DNA of 64,000 nt. Source: Eledone cirrhosa (Eukaryota). The stretch spans positions 7,874,001 through 7,938,000 of the forward strand of contig OZ024753.1 of the NCBI GenBank assembly GCA_964016885.1, written 5' to 3'. Both the position numbers and the translations under genes were made by a program. Under the pieces are notes generated by a model that did no database searches, was not told the origin of the DNA, and saw only the letters and a list, made by a program, of their open reading frames with translations. The stretch's first letter is position 1. Every line of letters starts with the position of its first letter. Below are positions 1 to 11,482 of the stretch, piece after piece.

Positions 1-92
1 TATATATATATATTTATATATTTATATAATCAACTTTTCAAATACAAGTCGATGTTGAACGGTATGTCAAATCTATAAAACTGTCTATATTG

Positions 93-158
93 TATTTTGT
101 CTGAGGAAGGCATAGCATATTGTTAATATGATATCCCTGAAATATATATAATGAAATA
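93..158 (+). ncRNA. Minimal type-I hammerhead ribozyme motif (Penelope-like element terminal repeat remnant), copy 1
   Basis: TATTTTGT(93-100)-CTGAGGA(101-107)-stem II AGG..CATATT/gtt/AATATG..CCT-GAAA(139-142)-T-ATAT-A-TA^ATGAAATA(151-158). Stem I is 8 bp including 2 G-U pairs; palindromic tetraloop in stem III; predicted cleavage after 150. Island 74-200 is flanked by (TA)n. Confidence 0.7.
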
Positions 159-199
159 AATATGATTTTATAAATATAGTTTCCATTTATTTAATATCG

Positions 200-217
200 T
201 ATATATATTTATATATT

Positions 218-248
<31 letters not shown>

Positions 249-251
249 ATT

Positions 252-286
<35 letters not shown>

Positions 287-321
287 ATTTATATATATAT
301 ATATTTATATATATATATATT

Positions 322-402
<81 letters not shown>

Positions 403-445
403 ATTTATATAATTATATATATATATATATATATATTATCATATA
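200..445. repeat. (TA)n/(TATATT)n microsatellite
   Basis: Directly visible. Confidence 0.98.
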
Positions 446-791
446 TAAATATTGTAAAATTAATCAGGAATAAAATAATTCTGGCTTTTTATATCATCAT
501 AGAAATATATTTATCACTAATATATTTATCAACTTCTAGTTTGTTTGCCCTTTATCAGCAATCTGCCTTGTTGCTGCTGCTGTTGTTGACCACATCTATT
601 TATCCAATCACTATTCACTATTCTATCACAGATACTGCTTTTTTTACATCTCTCTTTTCATGTCACCCTCTGTTGAAAATCTTATGTTTGTATTTACACC
701 AGTTGTTGAATCAACAAAGAAATATTTTAACTCTAGTGATCCTATATATTAGTCTTTTATTTATCAAACATTTATTTAAACATATAGCTTT

Positions 792-1830
792 TAAACTGGC
801 CATATCTGGCCAGAATTCTCTCATCTTTTTTTGTTCAAACCAGCCATATCCTTGGCCATAATTCTCTCACCTTTTTCTGTTCAAACCAGCCATATCTGGC
901 CAGAATTCTCTCATCTTTTTCTGTTCAAACCAGCCATATCTGGCCAGAATTCTCTCATCTTTTTTTGTTCAAACCAGCCATATCCTTGGCCATAATTCTC
1001 TCACCTTTTTCTGTTCAAACCAGCCATATCCTTGGCGATAATTCTCTCATCTTTTTCTGTTCAAACCAGCCATATCCTTGGCCATAATTCTCTCACCTTT
1101 TTCTGTTCAAACCAGCTATATCTGGCCAGAATTCTCTCATCTTTTTCTGTTCAAACCAGCTATATCTGGCCAGAATTCTCTCATCTTTTTCTGTTCAAAC
1201 CAGCCATATCTGGCCAGAATTCTCTCACCTTTTTCTGTTCAAACCAGCCATATCTGGCCAGAATTCTCTCACCTTTTTCTGTTCAAACCAGTCATATCTG
1301 GCCAGAATTCTCTCACCTTTTTCTGTTCAAACCAGCCATATCTGGCCAGAATTCTCTCACCTTTTTCTGTTCAAACCAGCCATATCTGGCCAGAATTCTC
1401 TCATCTTTTTGTGTTCAAACCAGCCATATCCTTGGCCATAATTCTCTCACCTTTTTCTGTTCAAACCAGCCATATCCTTGGCCAGAATTCTCTCACCTTT
1501 TTCTGTTCAAACCAGCCATATCTGGCCAGAATTCTCTCACCTTTTTCTGTTCAAACCAGCCATATCTGGCCAGAATTCTCTCACCTTTTTCTGTTCAAAC
1601 CAGCCATATCTGGCCAGAATTCTCTCACCTTTTTCTGTTCAAACCAGCCATATCTGGCCATAATTCTCTCATCTTTTTCTGTTCAAACCAGCCATATCTG
1701 GCCATAATTCTCTCACCTTTTTCTGTTCAAACCAGCCATATCTGGCCAGAATTCTCTTATCTTTTTCTTTTCAAACCAGCTATATCCTTGGCCATAATTC
1801 TCTCACCTTTTTCTGTATAAACTGGCCATA
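792..1830 (+). repeat. Minisatellite, 44-46 bp unit (~23 copies), derived from the left arm of the piggyBac-type MITE
   Basis: Unit GGCCAGAATTCTCTCACCTTTTTCTGTTCAAACCAGCCATATCT (period 44, e.g. 1211->1255) matches the subterminal segment of the MITE at 15088 and 21318; a non-expanded MITE piece follows at 1855-1985. Confidence 0.93.
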
Positions 1831-2074
1831 GTCTTTTATCAAACTTTTATTTAAGCATTTAGCATTTAAACTGGCCATATCCAGCCAGAATTTTCTCACC
1901 TTTTCCTGTTCAAACTGGCCATAACAGCATTCTCATACTGATGTTAAGATATTGTTGTCAAAATAGATAATTTCAAAATATCATAATAAGGCACCTAACC
2001 CTGCATCTTAGTTCTGGCTTTATCTGCTGAGCCGTGACACCATAGGGCTAAATAACAACACAATATTGCTTTTG

Positions 2075-2560
2075 TGGGATATATGTATGTGTTTTCATTC
2101 ATTTTCAAGCTAATGTTTAATTATATATTTGTATGTGCACACATCTACATAAATGTTAAACATCAATTTCTATTGTACTATATATCCATTTATGTATGTA
2201 TATATTTATATATAAACAAATACTTTGAATAAGATATATAAATGTATATGTCTGAAGCTATGCATGCGTGTCTGTGCTGTCTGTGTGTGCTGTCTGCGTA
2301 GTGTTTTATTCACATTATATAAACATGTACTCAATTTTCCTGTGTGTGATTTATGGTTATGATATTTGTGTATTGGTGGGATATTTGTATGTTTTCATTC
2401 ATTTTCAAGCTAATTTTTAATTATATATTTGTATGTGCACACATCTACATAAATGTTAAACATCAATTGTACTATATATCCATTTATGTATATATATATA
2501 TATATACACATAAACAAACTCTTTGAACAATATATATATACATAAATATGTCTGAAGTTG
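2075..2560. repeat. ~300-bp local tandem duplication
   Basis: GTGGGATAT..TTTTCATTCATTTTCAAGCTAAT..GTGCACACATCTACATAAATGTTAAACATCAATT at ~2075 and ~2377. Confidence 0.9.
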
Positions 2561-3270
2561 TGTGTGTGTGTGGATTACTTCTGTAGCCTATAAATTTATG
2601 AAGATGCTGCAAAATAGAAATATTACATGATATTAAGATATTTAAAATCATTTATCAATTTGGAAAATAGATTTAAAATATTCTCATAACTGTTTGAATT
2701 GCAGGAGGTGGGGTGAGAAAAGAAAACTATATATAAATATATATAATTAATAATAGCAAATATTTTGGAAGAAAATAGAAAAAAATGGTTCAAATTGGAA
2801 CCTGCTGAGATGAAGAAAACTGAAATTGCATTCACTACATAACATAATTGTTTCAATTTTTATTTTTTTTTTTTATAACATAATGGTATTCAATATGTAC
2901 TTGTTTTTTATGTTATTTTCTTGTCACTGCATCTCTTAAGAGATTTTTTACTTATGTTTATTTTGCTTTGTTTCTAAACAATTCCTAATTGACAATATCA
3001 CCTCCGGGAACCACTTAAAGATATTTCCTTAAATTATTTGTAAAACAACAGAATAATCTGCTTTTTGATTTTCATCTCCAACTGCGGAGTGTCTCCCCGT
3101 CCCCACCCACCTCCACACCACGCCGCCCCTCAGTCTGCACCTCTCACACCTCTCACCCCCCACCCTCAGTCTGCACCTCTCACCCCCACATCCCTATCTC
3201 TTCCATCAATTTCCTCTCACTTCCATCAACCCTCTCTTCAGCCTGTCACATACACAGCATGATAGTTAGT

Positions 3271-4033
3271 TTTGTAATGAGGTGGTGTTGATGCCCATCA
3301 CAAAAAAGACCAGTTCATTCTTGTCAGGTGGAAGTGATGGTGCCATGATGAAAAACAACCTGTTCGCCCTGTAATGTGGTAGTACTAGGGCCATGAGAAA
3401 ACAGGCCAGTCCACTTTGTAAGGAGGTAGTACTGGGGCTATGGCAAAATAGACCAGTTCACTTTGTAAGGAGGTAGTACTGACGCCATGACAAAATAGGC
3501 CTGTCCACTTCGTAAGGAGGTAGTACTGGGGCCATGACAAAATAGACCAGTCCACTTTGTAAGGAAGTAGTACTGAGGGTCTATTTTCTAAGGAGGTAGT
3601 ATTGGGGCCATGACAATAGGCCAGTCCACTTTGTAAGGAGGTAGTGCTGGTGCCATGACAAAATAGGCCAGTCCACTTTGTAAGGAGGTAGTGCTGGTGC
3701 CATGACAAAATAGGCCAGTCCACTTTGTAAGGTGGTAATACTGGTCCCACAACAAAATAGACCAGTCCACTTCGTAAGGAGGTAGAACTGGGGCTATGAC
3801 AAAATAGAGCAGTTTACTTTGTAAGGTGGTAATACTGGTGCCACAACAAAATACACCCTGTTCACTCTGTGATGTGGTAGTACTGGTGCCACAACAAAAT
3901 GCACCCTGTCCACTTTGTGATGTGGTAGTACTGGTGCCACAACAAAATGCACCCTGTTCACTCTGTGATGTGGTAGTACTGGTGCCACAACAAAATGCAC
4001 CCTGTTCACTTTGTGATGTGGTTTTGCTGGTGT
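3271..4033 (+). repeat. Minisatellite, 47-bp unit (~16 diverging copies), related to the central segment of the RTE-tailed SINE
   Basis: Period 47 (3641->3688); unit GTAGTACTGGTGCCA..CAAAATGCACCC/AGGCCAGTCCACTTTGTAAGGAG resembles the SINE segment GGTGCCATGGCAAAAAAGCACCCAG (59360 region, minus strand). Confidence 0.85.
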
Positions 4034-4054
4034 CCCATTCTCAAGAGAACTGGT

Positions 4055-4396
4055 AGGGTTTGGATTCTTGCCCATTTCTCAGACATAAAATGGGAGCTCG
4101 TCTTATATTCAGATCAACTTATATTCAGATCAATTTTTATTCAGATCATCTTATATTCAGATCAACTTATATTCAGATCAACTTATATTCAGATCAACTT
4201 ATATTCAGATCAACTTATATTCAGATCAACTTATATTCAGATCAACTTATATTCAGATCAACTTATATTCAGATCAACTTATATTCAGATCAACTTATAT
4301 TCAGATCAACTTATATTCAGATCAACTTATATTCAGATCAACTTATATTCAGATCAACTTATATTCTGATCAGCTTATATTCGAGTAAATATTGTA
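4055..4396 (+). mobile_element. Tigger/pogo-like MITE end containing a 16-bp minisatellite (ATTCAGATCAACTTAT x~17, 4102-4383)
   Basis: TTTGGATTCTTGCCCATTTCTCAGACATAAAAT...CTTATATTCGAGTAAATATTGTA; the same end without expansion is at 29097-29166. Confidence 0.65.
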
Positions 4397-4571
4397 GTAT
4401 TTCAGTAGCTGAATATTCTAGAAACATGTTGTACCCTTAATATATTTCTCAAGCTGACCCATGTGACAAGGCTGGTACTTTGAATTACAGACACAATCCA
4501 TCTAACAATCTTAAAAACAGTTCCATCTACTCATTTTCCCTCACATAGCTTATGTCAATCTGTATCTAGAA

Positions 4572-4864
4572 CATGCATGGGGAACCGTTTTTGAGGAGCA
4601 GACCACATGAGATATGGCTCATCATCAGGTGGGCCACAAGCGCTAATTTACATTCGTGCCCACATTAAAAACAAAGGACAGTAACTCAGGTTGTTTTGAT
4701 TTGTTTCTTCAGAATTCGTACATGTTGTTTTCCTCGATCGTAAAAATGATAGAAAGATAAATTACGACTGAAAAGTTGGGGTAAAAAAAATCAGAAAGAT
4801 TTCACTTAGGTGACTTAGGTGAGTCATTCAGAAAGCTTCGTGGGCCGCAGGTTGCCCATGACTA
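4572..4864. mobile_element. Degenerate hAT-type MITE
   Basis: Imperfect TIRs CATGCATGGGGAACC / GGTTGCCCATGACTA, subterminal GGGCCAC/GGGCCGC motifs, degenerate 8-bp flanks ATCTAGAA/ATTCAGAG. Confidence 0.55.
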
Positions 4865-4994
4865 ATTCAGAGTAAAGACACTTTTGCCAAGATGTGACAC
4901 AGTTGGATCAAACCAGGGACCTCAAATTTTAAGCAACCTTCTGAGCTACTATTAGGCCTAACTATTATTAATTTTCTCAAGAGTTTGCTATAAT

Positions 4995-5156
4995 TATTTC
5001 TACTTTTGGCACAAGGCCAGCAATTATCCCAGTGTATTACTGGTACTTTATTTTATCGACCCTGTAAGGATGAAAGGCAAAGTTAACCTCGGCGGGATTT
5101 GAACTCAGAATGGAAAGGGCCAAATCCCACAGAGGTTAACTTTGCCTTTCATCCTT
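4995..5156 (-). mobile_element. SINE-B copy, 5'-truncated, with an inverted internal duplication and 15-bp TSD
   Basis: TSD AGAGTTTGCTATAAT at 4980-4994 and 5157-5171; 5121-5156 is the reverse complement of ~5066-5101. Confidence 0.9.
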
Positions 5157-5362
5157 AGAGTTTGCTATAATGTCTTGTGGCAAGAGAACCAGCAACATCA
5201 AGTGTTCCTCATTACAAAGCTGTGTGTTAGTCTGAATCAAGATGTAGTTGGGGAAAAAGTTGTTAGGAATGACTCTGGTGCTCATAGCACCACTGATGCT
5301 CAAAAGAAAGAGGCCTGGAAATGTTACTATGAGAGACTGATGAGTGCAGAGAATGAATTAGG
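5157..5362 (+). mobile_element. Internal fragment of an RTE-clade LINE ORF (between endonuclease and RT)
   Basis: Translation NQDVVGEKVVRNDSGAHSTTDAQKKEAWKCYYERLMSAENE fits the RTE-type W..YF..LLN.EN pattern (recognised from family knowledge). Confidence 0.65.
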
Positions 5363-5409
5363 TGGGGTCACACATTCCTCAGCATATATTCGATACATTT
5401 AGCAATTCT

Positions 5410-5820
5410 TCATAAGCCACACCCACCTCTATTTTATGTATGCGAAATGGGCAAAAATCCAGACCCCGTCTATAAACTGAGGCAGCTAATAAACACATTG
5501 TTTAGATCGGGCACGTCAAACATGCAACTTGCGGGCCACATGTGGCCCTTTACAAACACACTTGCGACCCACACAAAGATTTTTACAGTGCAAGCATGAT
5601 TTAGCTTTGTAATATAAAAGGTACAAAAAAATAGTTGTAATGTGCACAATTAGTTGTCATGTGTGGCCCTCAGACAACACATGTGACCCATATGGCGTTT
5701 GGGGGACTCTCAGTTTGATATGCTTGGTTTAGATGGTGTATATAAGCTGAGGTCCACCATCCCCAATTTTACCAGCGATTATTTGGTCACACATTCCTTG
5801 GCATATAATCAAGTATGTTA
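5410..5820 (-). mobile_element. Tigger/pogo-like MITE interrupted by a hAT MITE
   Basis: 5447-5463 is the reverse complement of the TTTGGATTCTTGCCCAT motif at ~4059; ~5770-5816 reverse complement matches 28921-28970. Confidence 0.55.
5508..5726. mobile_element. hAT (Charlie/Buster-type) MITE, 219 bp
   Basis: 8-bp TSD GTTTAGAT at 5500-5507 and 5727-5734; TIRs CGGGCACGTCAAAC / GTTTGATATGCTTG; subterminal GGGCCACATGTGGCCC. Confidence 0.88.
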
Positions 5821-6022
5821 ACCTCCCTTCTAGTGTGTCCATGTTGATGCCCTAAGGACAGACACTGGTCTGTTGGAGATGCAGGATATGGCAGCGATAA
5901 TGAGGGACAGAGACCGCTGAAGAGAACTCGTCCATGGATCTCGGGAATTTTACCCGCCTTAGATAGATAGATAATCAAGTATATATAATAATTCAGTGAG
6001 TAGGTAATACAGTTGATCTTAA

Positions 6023-6221
6023 CCCTTTAGTATTTAAACTGGCCATATACAGCCAAAATTCTCTCACCTCTCTCTGTTCAAACCGACTGTTATTAGCCAC
6101 TCATACTGATGTTAAGGTATTGTTCTCAAAATAAATATCAAAATCTAATAGATTCGAGATTATGTGTGATATTATGTACAGTAAAGCATAGTATGTATAG
6201 AATAATGTAAATGCTAAAACG
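6023..6221 (+). mobile_element. piggyBac-type MITE
   Basis: TTAA 6019-6022, CCCTTTAGTATTTA...TAAATGCTAAAACG, TTAA 6222-6225. Confidence 0.88.
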
Positions 6222-6225
6222 TTAA

Positions 6226-6867
6226 CCCTTTAGCATTTATATTATCTCACTTAATATATCACTTAATATCTCACACAATATCTCACACACATAATATCTC
6301 ACACAATATCTCACACACATAATATCTCACACAATATCTCACATAATATCTGACACAATATCTCGCATAATATCTGACACAATATCTCACATAATATCTG
6401 ACACAATATCTCAGACAATATCTCACACAATATCTCACACAATATCTCACACAATATCTCACACAATATCTCACATAATATCTCACATAATATCTCACAT
6501 AATATTGAATCTATGAGATTTTGATATTATTTATTTTGAGAACAATACCTTAACATCAGAATGAGTGGCCAGTTATGGCTGGTTTGAACAGAAAGTGGTG
6601 AGAGAATTCTGGCCACATAATATTGATATTATTTATTATGAGTTCAAATCCCGCCGAGGTTGACTTTGCCTTTCATCCTTACGGGGTCGATAAAATAAAG
6701 TACCAGTAATGCACTGGGTATTTGCTGGCCTTGTGCCTAAAGTAGAAACAATTATTTATTTTGAGAACAATACCTTAACATCAGAATGAATGGCCGGTCA
6801 CACCCAGTTTGAACAGAAATAGGTGAGAGAATTCTGGCTGGATAAGGCCGGTTTAAATGCGAAAGAG
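6226..6867 (-). mobile_element. piggyBac-type MITE (inverted, sharing TTAA with the previous copy) with a 12-bp array, internal duplication and SINE-B insert
   Basis: CCCTTTAGCATTTA at 6226; (ATAATATCTCAC)n 6241-6503; ends TAAATGCGAAAGAG+TTAA 6868-6871. Confidence 0.85.
6638..6750 (+). mobile_element. SINE-B, 5'-truncated
   Basis: GAGTTCAAATCCCGCCGAGG...AAGTAGAAAC; ATTATTTATT duplicated at 6628-6637 and 6751-6760. Confidence 0.9.
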
Positions 6868-7542
6868 TTAAGGAACTGAGTGATTATCATAGAAACTGAG
6901 GGAAGAAACAGAAATATATGTCTTGTTTTAGGGTCTACAGTTTCTACCATAAAATATATATTCCATACAAGTTCTGAATTCTAAAATCATTGATTAATGT
7001 TAATATTCTGTTTATGACAGAAAAATAATTTCACCATATTTTCTTTTTCTATCATTTTTCCATTCTTACTTTCTTTCTTTTTTCTTCCTTTCATTTTTTT
7101 TCTTTTCTTTATTTTTTTCTTTCTTTACGTTTATTTTTTAACTTTTATTTTTTATTTATTTTATTTATTTATTTATTTATTTTTTATTGATTCTTTATTG
7201 TTTTTAAATCTTTTATTTATTCTTTATTTTTTATTTTTTTATTCTGTATTTTTTCTTTCTTTCTTTCTCATTCTTTCTTTCTTTCCTTTTTTCTTTTAAT
7301 CAAAAGGTCAAGTTAGTGGCCACTATAGCAAAAGAATACAAACACCAGTTTGTAAATGGCCTTTAACTTCTTCAGTGTCAAAATATCAAACTAACTAGAA
7401 TTTATTTGTAGCTCAGTCATTGAATTCATATGTTGTATTGATACAATATTTCAAAACTCATTTTATTGTTTTGAAATTATTTCTTTTTCTTAGATTTAGG
7501 TTCAGAATTAGAATGTACTATTGGCTGAGAGAATATGTGTGA

Positions 7543-7595
<53 letters not shown>

Positions 7596-7712
7596 AATGA
7601 AGGAAGTGGGGTAAGGAACCAGATAGACCATAACGCACCAGAGTACTCAATACTTAGGGTAGTAGAGTGGGTAATAGCGAAATGTTTAACACCGGCGGCA
7701 GAGCTCATGGAT
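7596..7712 (-). mobile_element. Microsatellite-embedded dispersed repeat (possible Penelope-like tail), homologous to 34498-34578
   Basis: Reverse complement TATTACCCACTCTACTACCCTAAGTATTGAGTACTCTGGTGCGTTATGGTC.. nearly identical to 34498-34578. Confidence 0.75.
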
Positions 7713-9085
7713 GTATATATATATATGTATATATATATGTATATATGTATATATATATGTATATATATGTATATACATGTGTATATATATGTATATACAT
7801 GTGTATATATATGTATATATGTGTATATATATGTGTATATGTATATATATGTGTGTATATATGTGTATATGTATATATATGTGTGTATATATATGTGTAT
7901 ATATATATGTGTATATATATGTATATATATATGTGTATATATATGTATATATATGTGTATATATATGTATATATATGTGTATATATATGTATATACATGT
8001 GTATATATATGTATATACATGTGTATATATATGTATATATGTGTATATATATGTGTATATGTATATATATGTGTATATATGTGTATATGTATATATATGT
8101 GTATATATATGTGTATATATATGTGTATATATATGTGTATATATATGTATATATATGTATATATATGTGTATATATATGTGTATATATATGTATATATAT
8201 GTATATATATGTGTATATATATGTATATATATGTATATATATGTGTATATATATGTATATACATGTGTATATATATGTATATACATGTGTATATATATGT
8301 ATATACATGTGTATATATATGTATATACATGTGTATATATATGTATATATGTGTATATATATGTGTATATGTATATATATGTGTGTATATATGTGTATAT
8401 GTATATATATGTGTATATATATGTGTATATATATGTATATATATGTGTATATATATGTATATATATGTGTATATATATGTATATATATGTGTATATATAT
8501 GTATATATATGTATATATATGTATATATATGTATATATATGTATATATGTGTATATATATGTGTATATATATGTGTATATATATGTGTATATATATGTGT
8601 ATATATATGTGTATATATATGTGTATATATATGTGTATATATGTGTGTATATATGTGTATATATGTGTATATATATGTGTATATATATGTATATATATGT
8701 GTATATATATGTATATATATGTGTATATATATGTGTATATATATGTGTATATATATGTATATATATATGTGTATATATATGTGTATATATATGTATATAT
8801 ATGTGTATATATATGTGTATATATATGTGTATATATATGTGTATATATATGTATATATATGTGTATATATATGTATATATATGTGTATATATATGTATAT
8901 ATATGTGTATATATATGTGTATATATATGTGTATATATATGTGTATATATATGTGTATATATATGTATATATATGTGTATATATATGTGTATATATATGT
9001 GTATATATGTATATATATATATATGTATATGTAAATATATATGTGTATATATATGTATATATATATATATATATATATGTATAAA
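7712..9085. repeat. 1.4-kb (TATATG)n-type compound microsatellite
   Basis: Directly visible; source of the YIYM/CIYM pseudo-ORFs. Confidence 0.98.
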
Positions 9086-10558
9086 TTAAAGGATTACAGA
9101 AAAAAAAAAATCTGCTGTTTTCAGATCTAGAGAAGAGCTGGGTTTCTCCAGGTTTAAAAATACCCTAGAAACACCATATGTCAATACAATGCCTCTACGA
9201 CTTCTTTTGGGTTTAGGAAAGGGTAAAAAACAAATCACAGTAAAATGAATATTAAACATTTATGTCTGTTCCGTTTTCTATATGACATTAACATTCTATC
9301 CTATATAATGTAATTTATCAATTCAAGAATTTCTTTTTGTGAATCCTCACCATTGAATAAAAATCGACTAAAAATGGTAAATATTCCATAGTAACCATTT
9401 TCTTTTCTTATTTTATAAAAATAATAATAATGAAAAAAAGTGTCTGTTTCATTTGTTTATGGCTTTTACTCTCTCATTACCAAATTTTGTAAAGAATTTC
9501 ACAACTCAATTCCATACAACAGCTGTGCAAATAGCTTATATTTATTCAAAACTAGAGTTTAGTTATTAAACATGAAAGGTTTCAGTATCAAGTATTATTT
9601 AAAGTGTAATGGAAAGTGTTAGTATAAGAGAGAAGACAAATCTTATAACTGTGTTAACACATTTCAGATTACAGATAAAAAGATACATACATTGTTTTGT
9701 ATTTGGTTTCACTTTCATATAAATTATTATATTTTTATTTTATTAATTTCATTTGTGTTTAGAAAAATTACCAAATAACAGACTTTTGATTTTTTACTGA
9801 AAGAAAATAACCAAATCACATTTAAAATCTGTGAAATTGAACTCTGACAATTAAACTAAAACTATTTTGTTAAAATTACTCTAATGTAACTATTAGTACT
9901 TTGTTTTTACTTGTATCCTAACAGGAACTATGTATACAAAATAGTAACTGAAGTTAACTTGAAAAAAGAATTTATTGTAAATAGTGAGATTGTAAAGAAT
10001 TTAGCAATGCTGGTGCATACATCTGTGTGAATTGGTTACTGAGTCAGGACTAGACATCAGTTAGTAAACCATTAAAAGATTCAGTGTCAAACCTAATCAT
10101 TTATTAAAAATGTAAAATGGAGTGTTAATAGATAGGAAGAAACACTATTACAAACTTGTTAACATATATCTCTACATCTTCAGTCTAGAGGTAGTTGCTA
10201 AATATTTTAACAAGCTTTTCTAAAGTCTGTTTCCTTGTCTTATTTCTGTATCACCATTCTTCTTAGAATATCTATATACTACTAAAACTCTGTGATTGTG
10301 TGCTTGTCTGTAATTTAATTCAGCCAAAGCTGGGCATAATAGGGAGATACTTTGAAAGGAAGTGGCCTCTGAAATGGGAATACAAATGGAATCAAACAAG
10401 TTTTGCATAAATCAGAGCACAGGTTCCCGAGATACAGGGTTTTTCTGGATACCTTCATAAACAGAGAAAGAAAGAGAGAGAGAGATAGTGGTTGTGAGAG
10501 AGAAGATTGAAAGAGAGACATACAGAGAGAATGAGATAGTACACACTCACACACACAT

Positions 10559-10623
<65 letters not shown>

Positions 10624-10667
10624 CATACATACACACACACACACACATATATATGCAGATACACACA

Positions 10668-10712
<45 letters not shown>

Positions 10713-10769
10713 GAGCCTTCCAGTTTCATTTTACATTATATATTTTGATTATTTAGATGTATTAGTAGT

Positions 10770-10940
10770 AAATATATATACTGGTATATTTCAACAGTGG
10801 TAGTAATAGTAGTAGTAATATATATAGTGGTATATTTCAACAGTGGTAGTAATAGTAGCAGCAGTAGTAGTAGTAATATATATACTGGTATATTTCAACA
10901 GTGGTAGTAATAGTAGCAGTAGTAGTAGTAATATATATAG
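10770..10940. repeat. 3 x ~45-55-bp tandem repeat
   Basis: TGGTATATTTCAACAGTGGTAGTAATAGTAG repeated three times. Confidence 0.9.
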
Positions 10941-11417
10941 TGCATGTATGGGAGACTTGCAGGTCATCCACAAAAAAGCCCTTGCTCTACTTTGGAATTT
11001 TGGCAAGGAACCTTCCAAGTGCAGTTCTATAGAATAAGATGTACAAAGGACCTTGGTTAGCACAAAACCCCTTGCCCAGCACAAAACCCTTTACCCTCCT
11101 CTCCTGTAGTTGTAACATGAAATCACACATGATTGGTTTAACTAGAAGGGTTTAACCCCAAATAACGAATTTTTGTTGAATAATTTTAGCATATGTTCAA
11201 TAAGATTTTCCATTGGAAAATGGAACAAAATATTTTATTCAAGGACAACAACAAGCCGAAGTAGAATATGAACTTGTGGTCTATTGAAATAAACTGGTAA
11301 CTGTCTGGATAGCTAGCTAGTTGGTGCATTTCTCAGAAATTGACCAATTCAAGAAGTTTGACATTTACTTAGAAAAACTCTCAGGATTTAAATGGATAAA
11401 AATTTCGACTCTCTTAT

Positions 11418-11482
<65 letters not shown>

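Noticed and set aside
1032-1820. Repetitive ORFs of 209-262 aa
   Set aside because: Product of a 44-bp MITE-derived array; unit not a multiple of 3, all frames cycle
7508-9089. Long ORFs up to 522 aa (YIYM/CIYV repeats), and similar ones at 23989, 27092, 31466, 50709, 55244 and 58351
   Set aside because: Translations of TA/TG microsatellites that lack stop codons by composition
11380-11421. Minus-strand CGAAA-TTTTTA-TC next to (TA)n
   Set aside because: Only a 3' half-core, too short to distinguish from chance
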